Positions 58,385 through 64,000 of a stretch of DNA of 64,000 nt are shown one piece after another. The notes beneath the pieces were generated by a model. The model saw only the letters and a program-made list of their open reading frames with translations, searched no databases and was not told the origin of the DNA. Origin of the DNA: Myxococcota bacterium (lineage in GTDB: Bacteria > Myxococcota_A > UBA9160 > UBA6930); assembly GCA_965223415.1 (NCBI GenBank), contig OZ245002.1:4896001-4960000 (forward strand), read 5' to 3'. Positions within the stretch are counted from its first letter, which is position 1; each line of letters opens with the position of its first letter. Made by a program: the position numbers and the translations under genes.

Positions 58385-59143
58385 GTGTCGTTGGGGGGAA
58401 GCGCCCGCACGCGAGGAGGGTTCGCGGTCTGCTGCGCGCTCCTGCTCGGTGTGGTCCCGGCCGCCGGCGAGAGCGCGGCTCGGCTCCTTCCCGAGCCCGG
58501 TGAGGAAGCGTGGGTCCCGCTCACCTTCCCGAGCATCGACCGCCACACCCGCTACGAGGTGGCGCGGCCCGAGGACCTGCCGGGCCGCCGCGCCTTCCGA
58601 AGCCGTGCCGATTGCTCCGCCTCGGCGATGGTCCTGCGCCTCGACGGCGTCGACCTCGCGCGCACGCCGCGCCTCTCCTGGCGCTGGCGCATCGACGAGC
58701 CCATGGACCTCCCCGGCGAGGAGACCCGGGCCGGCGACGACTTCGCTGCCCGCGTCTACATGATGTTCCGCTTCGAGCCCGAGCACGCGGGCATGATGCG
58801 GCGTGCCCAGCAGGGCCTGGGTCGGGCGCTCTACGACGAGGAGCTGCCGGGGGTCGCGCTCAGCTTCGTGTGGGCCAGCCGGCTCTCGGCCGGGCGTCGC
58901 TGGCGCAACCCCTTCGCCGAGGATTCCGCCATGCTGGCCCTGCGCTCCGGCCGCGCACCCGACGATCGCTGGGTGCGTGAGGACGTCGACCTGGACGCCG
59001 AGCACCGGCGCGCCTTCGGTCGCGCGCCCGGCGTCCCCGCGGCCCTCGCGGTGATGACCGACAGCGACGGCAGCTGCAGCCGAGCGGGCGCCGGCTTCGC
59101 CGATTTCCGTCTGCTTCCCGCCCGCGAGGAGGCCACGCCGTGA
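58385..59143 (+). CDS. DUF3047 domain protein
   Basis: LSWRWRI, DDFAARVY, AVMTDSD; start uncertain. Confidence 0.8.
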   Translation: MSLGGSARTRGGFAVCCALLLGVVPAAGESAARLLPEPGEEAWVPLTFPSIDRHTRYEVARPEDLPGRRAFRSRADCSASAMVLRLDGVDLARTPRLSWRWRIDEPMDLPGEETRAGDDFAARVYMMFRFEPEHAGMMRRAQQGLGRALYDEELPGVALSFVWASRLSAGRRWRNPFAEDSAMLALRSGRAPDDRWVREDVDLDAEHRRAFGRAPGVPAALAVMTDSDGSCSRAGAGFADFRLLPAREEATP

Positions 59144-60555
59144 GCGGTCTCGTGGCGGAGGGCTGGATCGACGACCTCTGGGAGCGGTCCATCGTCCCAG
59201 CCCTCGAGAGCTACATCCGCATTCCCAACAAGTCGCCGCTCTTCGACGCCGACTGGCGGGCCCACGGGCACATGGATCGGGCGGTGGCCGAGGTGGCGGC
59301 GTGGTGCCGGAGCCGCCAGGTCCCCGGGCTCAGCATCGAGGTGATCGAAGACCCGGAGCGCACGCCGCTGCTGCTGATGGAGGTCCCGGGCCGCGGCGAG
59401 GACACGGTGCTCCTCTACGGCCACCTGGACAAGCAGCCGGAGATGACCGGCTGGGAGGACGGCCTCGGCCCGTGGGCGCCGGTGCGGCGCGGCGATTGCC
59501 TCTACGGCCGGGGCGGCGCAGACGACGGCTATGCGGCCTTCGCCTCCCTGGCGGCGCTGGAGCTCCTGGCCCGGGAAGGCGTCCCCCACGCCCGCTGCGT
59601 GCTGCTCATCGAGTGCTGCGAGGAGAGCGGCAGTCCGGATCTGCCCCACCACGTGCGGCGGCTGCTTCCCCGGATCGGCCAGCCTTCGCTGGTGGTGTGT
59701 CTCGACTCCGGCTGCGGGAACTACGACCAGCTCTGGGGAACGACCTCCCGGCGCGGCATGGTCACCGGCGAGCTCACGGTCGAAGTGCTGCGCGAGGGTG
59801 TGCACTCGGGGGATGCGGGCGGGATCGTGCCCTCGAGCTTCCGCCTGCTGCGCCAGCTGCTTTCGCGGCTCGAAGAGGAGGAGACCGGACGCATCCGGCC
59901 GAAGGAGCTGAACCCGCCGATCCCCGAAGACCGACGGTCCCAGGCGCGCCGGGTGGCCGACGAGATCGGCAACGCCGTGTGCTCGCGCTTCCCCTTCGTC
60001 GACGACACCCGCCCGATGGCCGGAGATCCGGTGGAGGCGATCCTGAACCGGACCTGGCGGCCCGCGCTGGCGGTCACAGGGCTGGGCGGAGCGCCGGCCC
60101 CCGGCGACGCGGGCAACGTCCTGCGCCCGGCGACGACCGCGAAGCTCTCCCTGCGGCTGCCGCCAACGGTGGACGGCGAGGCGGCCACGGCCCAGGTGAA
60201 AGCGCTCCTCGAAGCCGATCCCCCGAGCGGCGCCGCCGTCCACTTCGAGCCGGAGCCCGCGGCCACGGGCTGGGACGCTCCGCCCATCGCCGCCTGGCTC
60301 GAGCGCGCGGTCGAGGACGCCTCCCAGGGCACTTTCGGCCGCCCCGCCCTCTTCATGGGCGAGGGCGGCACGATCCCGTTCATGGCCATGCTGGGCGATC
60401 TCTTCCCGGGCGCCCAGTTCCTGATCACCGGCGTGCTCGGCCCCGGCTCGAACGCCCACGGCCCGAACGAGTTCCTGCACCTCCCCACGGCCAAGCAGCT
60501 CACCGTCGCCGTCGCCCGCATCCTCGCGGACCATGAGACAAGGGGACGTTCCTGA
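59140..60555 (+). CDS. M20/M25/M40 metallopeptidase
   Basis: YGHLDKQP, GRGGADDG, EESGS, NAHGPNE. Confidence 0.92.
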   Translation: MSGLVAEGWIDDLWERSIVPALESYIRIPNKSPLFDADWRAHGHMDRAVAEVAAWCRSRQVPGLSIEVIEDPERTPLLLMEVPGRGEDTVLLYGHLDKQPEMTGWEDGLGPWAPVRRGDCLYGRGGADDGYAAFASLAALELLAREGVPHARCVLLIECCEESGSPDLPHHVRRLLPRIGQPSLVVCLDSGCGNYDQLWGTTSRRGMVTGELTVEVLREGVHSGDAGGIVPSSFRLLRQLLSRLEEEETGRIRPKELNPPIPEDRRSQARRVADEIGNAVCSRFPFVDDTRPMAGDPVEAILNRTWRPALAVTGLGGAPAPGDAGNVLRPATTAKLSLRLPPTVDGEAATAQVKALLEADPPSGAAVHFEPEPAATGWDAPPIAAWLERAVEDASQGTFGRPALFMGEGGTIPFMAMLGDLFPGAQFLITGVLGPGSNAHGPNEFLHLPTAKQLTVAVARILADHETRGRS

Positions 60556-60613
60556 TCGTCTCACGGCAGCGCACCGCATGCGTGAGACAGAAAAGAACGT
60601 CCCCTTGTCTCAC

Positions 60614-61486
60614 TCAGAGCTTCTGGAGGATGTCGTGGGCGAAGCGGTGGATTCCGTCGATCTTGTCTTCGAGGGAGGCGGGATCGGCGCCGTAGAAGAC
60701 CCAGGGCATCGTGGTCAGGTGGGTGACGCCTGCGTCGTGCAGGCGCCGGTAGCCGTCGAGATCGGCCGTGTCGCTGCAGGAAGCCACGATGTCGAAGGGC
60801 CGGCTGGCACGGGGGCCTTTGGCGCGCAGCTCGGCGAGGGTGGTGACGAGCTCGGAGAGCTCGGAGGTCGTGTGGAGGTCGGAGATCCAGCCGTCGCCGC
60901 GGGTCGCTGCGCGCCGCAGGGCCGGCTTCGAGAAGCCGCCGATGTAGATGGGCACCGGCGCCTCGGGGACCGGGCTCATCTCGAGGCGCGGGAAGTCGTA
61001 GAGCTCGCCGTGGTGCTCGACCCAGCCGCCCTGCCAGAGCGTGCGCAGCACGTCGATCATCTCGTCCATGCGGCGGCCGCGGGCGGCGAAGGGCTGCTCC
61101 ATCAGGGCGAACTCCTCCGCCATCCAGCCGGCCCCGGCGCCCAGGGCGATGCGCCCGCCGGAGAGAACGGCGGCGGTTCCAATGGCCTTCGCGACCAGGA
61201 ACGGGTTGCGCATGGGCAGGACGAAGATGCTGGTGATGACGCGCAGCCGCTCGGTCACCGCCGTGAGCGCCCCGGCCGTGACCCAGGGATCCGGCCAGTC
61301 CGTGAAGGGCTCCCAGCGCGGTTGGCCGTCCGGCGTGTACGGGTACGGCGTCTCGAGCTTCTCCGGATGGATCACGTGGTCCGAGAGGGCGACGGCGTCG
61401 AAGCCCGCCTGGTCCGCCGCACGGGCGAGGGGCGCCAGATGGGCCGGCGGCTGGAAGGCCAGCGAGATCACGAAGCGTAGGGGCAT
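60614..61486 (-). CDS. LLM-class (F420-dependent-type) oxidoreductase
   Basis: SDHV, DPWV, LSGGRIALGAGAGW..EEF. Confidence 0.9.
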   Translation of the reverse strand: MPLRFVISLAFQPPAHLAPLARAADQAGFDAVALSDHVIHPEKLETPYPYTPDGQPRWEPFTDWPDPWVTAGALTAVTERLRVITSIFVLPMRNPFLVAKAIGTAAVLSGGRIALGAGAGWMAEEFALMEQPFAARGRRMDEMIDVLRTLWQGGWVEHHGELYDFPRLEMSPVPEAPVPIYIGGFSKPALRRAATRGDGWISDLHTTSELSELVTTLAELRAKGPRASRPFDIVASCSDTADLDGYRRLHDAGVTHLTTMPWVFYGADPASLEDKIDGIHRFAHDILQKL

Positions 61487-61564
61487 GGATCCTCCGGTGG
61501 AGCCGGAGTCTGCCTCGGTCCGGCGTCACCGCAAGCTGGAGTACGCTGGGCCGAGGAGGCAGCC

Positions 61565-62413
61565 ATGACCCGCACCCTCACGACCCTGCTCGATGGTCTG
61601 GTCTTTCCGGAAGGCCCGCGCTGGCACGACGGCCGGCTCTGGTTCTCGGACATGCACGCCCGCGCTGTCCTCACCGTCACCCCGGACGGCAAGACCGAGA
61701 AGGTGCTGCGGGTCGAGGAGCGCCCTTCGGGCCTGGGCTGGCTGCCGGACGGACGGCTCCTGGTCGTCTCGATGCACGATCGCCGCCTGCTCCGCCGCGA
61801 GGCCGACGGCCGCCTGGTGGAGCACGCGAACCTCTACGACCTCGCCCGCTACCACTGCAACGACATGGTCGTGGACGCCCGCGGCCACGCCTTCGTCGGG
61901 AACTTCGGCTTCGACCTCGATGCCGGCGACACGCCCGTCCCCACGGAGCTGCTGCGGGTCGACCCGGACGGCTCGGTGCACGTCGCCGCCGAGGAGATGC
62001 GTTTCCCCAACGGTGCGGTCGTCACGCCGGATGGCAGTACGCTCATCGTCGGCGAGTCCTTTGGCGGGTGCCTCACCGCCTTCGACCTGGCGCCGGACGG
62101 AAGCCTGGCGGAGCGCCGGGTCTGGGCCCAGCTCCAGGGCGCCGTGCCCGACGGCATTTGCCTCGACGCCGAGGGCGCTGTGTGGGTCGCTTCGCCGGTG
62201 TCGAACGAGGTGCTGCGGGTGCGCGAGGGAGGCGAAGTCGCCGAGCGCATTCCGACGGATCAGATGGCCATCGCCTGCATGCTCGGGGGCGACGACCGCC
62301 GCACCCTCTTCGTCCTCACCTCGAAGAGCACGAACCCGGAGGAGTGCGAGACGGCGCGGGCCGCGAAGATCCTCACCTGCCCGGTCGACGTGCCCGGAGC
62401 CGGCCTGCCCTAG
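61565..62413 (+). CDS. SMP-30/gluconolactonase family
   Basis: FPEGPRW, CNDM, FPNG, PDGICLD. Confidence 0.92.
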   Translation: MTRTLTTLLDGLVFPEGPRWHDGRLWFSDMHARAVLTVTPDGKTEKVLRVEERPSGLGWLPDGRLLVVSMHDRRLLRREADGRLVEHANLYDLARYHCNDMVVDARGHAFVGNFGFDLDAGDTPVPTELLRVDPDGSVHVAAEEMRFPNGAVVTPDGSTLIVGESFGGCLTAFDLAPDGSLAERRVWAQLQGAVPDGICLDAEGAVWVASPVSNEVLRVREGGEVAERIPTDQMAIACMLGGDDRRTLFVLTSKSTNPEECETARAAKILTCPVDVPGAGLP

Positions 62414-62928
62414 TAGTCGAGGACGACGTGGCAGTCCACGTCGAGCTTGTCGCGGCCGGCCAGGGCCTGGAGCTCGATCAGGAAGGCGCAGCCCACGACC
62501 TCCCCGCCGCACTTGCGCACCAGCTCCACCGCAGCGGCGGCGGTGCCGCCCGTGGCAATCAGGTCGTCGACGATCAGGACGCGCTGGCCCGGCTCCACCG
62601 TGTCGACGTGCATCTCCACCGTGTCGCTGCCGTACTCGAGCTCGTAGCTCGCCGAGTGGCTCTGCCAGGGGAGCTTGCCCGCCTTGCGCACCAGCCCGAA
62701 GCCCGCGTCCAGGGCGAGGGCGACCGGGGTGCCCAGGATGAAGCCTCGGGACTCGATGCCCAGCACTCGATCCACGCGCTGATCGCGGAAGGGAGCCATC
62801 AGCGCGTCGAGGGCGGCCCGCAGGCCGGCCGGGTCCAGCAGGAGGGGCGTGACGTCCCGGAAGAGGATGCCCTCCTTGGGGAAGTCGGGGACGTCCCGAA
62901 TCAGCGCGCGCAGTTGATCGGCAGTCAT
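62410..62928 (-). CDS. apt: Adenine phosphoribosyltransferase
   Basis: PDFPKEGILFRD, IESRGF, VDDLIATGGT. Confidence 0.95.
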   Translation of the reverse strand: MTADQLRALIRDVPDFPKEGILFRDVTPLLLDPAGLRAALDALMAPFRDQRVDRVLGIESRGFILGTPVALALDAGFGLVRKAGKLPWQSHSASYELEYGSDTVEMHVDTVEPGQRVLIVDDLIATGGTAAAAVELVRKCGGEVVGCAFLIELQALAGRDKLDVDCHVVLDY

Positions 62929-63000
62929 GGCTCCAGCACCGCATCGGTCTCCGCGCCGAAATGCCTGAGGTGGATTCGGAGCTCGCACCGGGACGTTCGT

Positions 63001-63690
63001 TCAGGGCAAGAAGAGTAGCGGGTCCTGGGCGATCTCGTCCCGGCGGATCTCGAAGTGGAGGTGGGGGCCGGTCGCGTTGCCGGAGGTCCCGACCTCGCCG
63101 ACGACCGCGCCCTTGTCGACGAAGCCCCCCCGCCCGACCCGGTTGCGGCGGTGATGGGCGTAGACGCTGGCATACGCGGGCGAGTGTCGGATGACGACGA
63201 CGTTGCCGTAGCCGCCCATGCGCCCGCTGAAGACGACCCGGCCCGCCTCGGCGGCGCGCACCAACGAGCCGCGGGAGGCGGCGATGTCCAGGCCTTCGTG
63301 GAGGCGCCGGCCGCGGGGTCCGTAGCTGGAGGTGATGCGCCCGCGCACCGGCCAGGCGAACTGCAGCCCGCCTGCGGCCAGGGCGTCGGCCTCCGCCCGC
63401 GGGCGCGACTGGAAGGGCGGCCGCAGGGCTCGGACCGGCCGCGGCCCCCGGGCGCCGGGGATCCACAACCGCGTTCCGACCGGCATGTCCCGGACGTTCG
63501 GGATGTCGTTCGCCTCGACGATCGCCGACACGGACACGCGATAGTGCCGGGCGATCCGGAACAGGTTCTCGCCGCCCTGCACCGTGTGCACCAGGCCCTC
63601 GCCGCGATGGGCACAGGCCGAGCCCAGCCCCACCAGCAGGAGGAGAGCCACCAGCACCGGGCACAGTCTCGTGCGCGTCAGGCGGCCCAT
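63001..63690 (-). CDS. LysM/M23 peptidase lipoprotein (NlpD-like)
   Basis: Lipobox, LysM, HEGLDI, GPHLHFEIR; downstream of pcm. Confidence 0.9.
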   Translation of the reverse strand: MGRLTRTRLCPVLVALLLLVGLGSACAHRGEGLVHTVQGGENLFRIARHYRVSVSAIVEANDIPNVRDMPVGTRLWIPGARGPRPVRALRPPFQSRPRAEADALAAGGLQFAWPVRGRITSSYGPRGRRLHEGLDIAASRGSLVRAAEAGRVVFSGRMGGYGNVVVIRHSPAYASVYAHHRRNRVGRGGFVDKGAVVGEVGTSGNATGPHLHFEIRRDEIAQDPLLFLP

Positions 63691-64000
63691 CCGTGATCGC
63701 CTACCAGGTCCACGAAGCGACAGGGGCCGAGGCTCTCCCGTCGCAGCTCGTCGGCGGGAGTGCGGCGCACGCGCACGAGCTCCTGGCGTCCCCGGTCACC
63801 GAAGGGGCCGACGAGTCGTCCGCCCGGCCCGAGCTGGGCCAGCAGGGGCTCGGGGATCTCGGGCCCTCCGGCGGTCACCACGATGGCGTCGAAGGGCGCC
63901 TCGGCGGGACGCCCGCGGGTCCCGTCGCCGAGGTGCACCACCACGTTGGTGACGCCGAGGACGTCGAGGGCCGAGCGAGCCCGATTGGCCAGGCCGGGCA
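63678..64000 (-). CDS. pcm: Protein-L-isoaspartate O-methyltransferase (3' part)
   Basis: GDGTRG...APFDAIVVTAG, QLGPGGRLV, CRFVDLVG. Confidence 0.9.
   Translation of the reverse strand, partial: PGLANRARSALDVLGVTNVVVHLGDGTRGRPAEAPFDAIVVTAGGPEIPEPLLAQLGPGGRLVGPFGDRGRQELVRVRRTPADELRRESLGPCRFVDLVGDHGWAA

Overview
GC-rich (~70%) bacterial chromosomal window, probably Myxococcota/Deltaproteobacteria-like (inferred from gene content only). Left flank (1-11.1 kb): surface-glycan genes, a sulfatase-fold protein, a VWA protein and two secreted hypotheticals. Middle (~11.1-41.4 kb): an accessory island that opens with an IS481 relic, a tRNA-Arg(CCU) 3' half and a tyrosine integrase truncated by IS21. 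It continues as an array of short gene cassettes (four toxin-antitoxin-like pairs, a RimK cluster, a PadR/CoA-ligase/desaturase cluster and others). The cassettes are separated by seven co-oriented composite junction repeats built from tRNA-Arg(UCG) and tRNA-Asp-like 3' halves plus helically phased direct repeats, an integron-like organisation with no attC or intI. Three apparently identical IS110 copies sit at the same nucleotide of three of these junctions. Their non-coding end carries a readable bridge RNA whose guides match the tRNA-Arg(UCG) target and the IS donor junction. Right flank (41.6-64 kb): an aryl-polyene-like lipid cluster, an S8 protease/small protein/non-specific endonuclease trio, and housekeeping genes (ilvC-like, SPFH/NfeD, M20 peptidase, apt, nlpD-like, pcm). 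No CRISPR array or intact tRNA/rRNA gene was seen.
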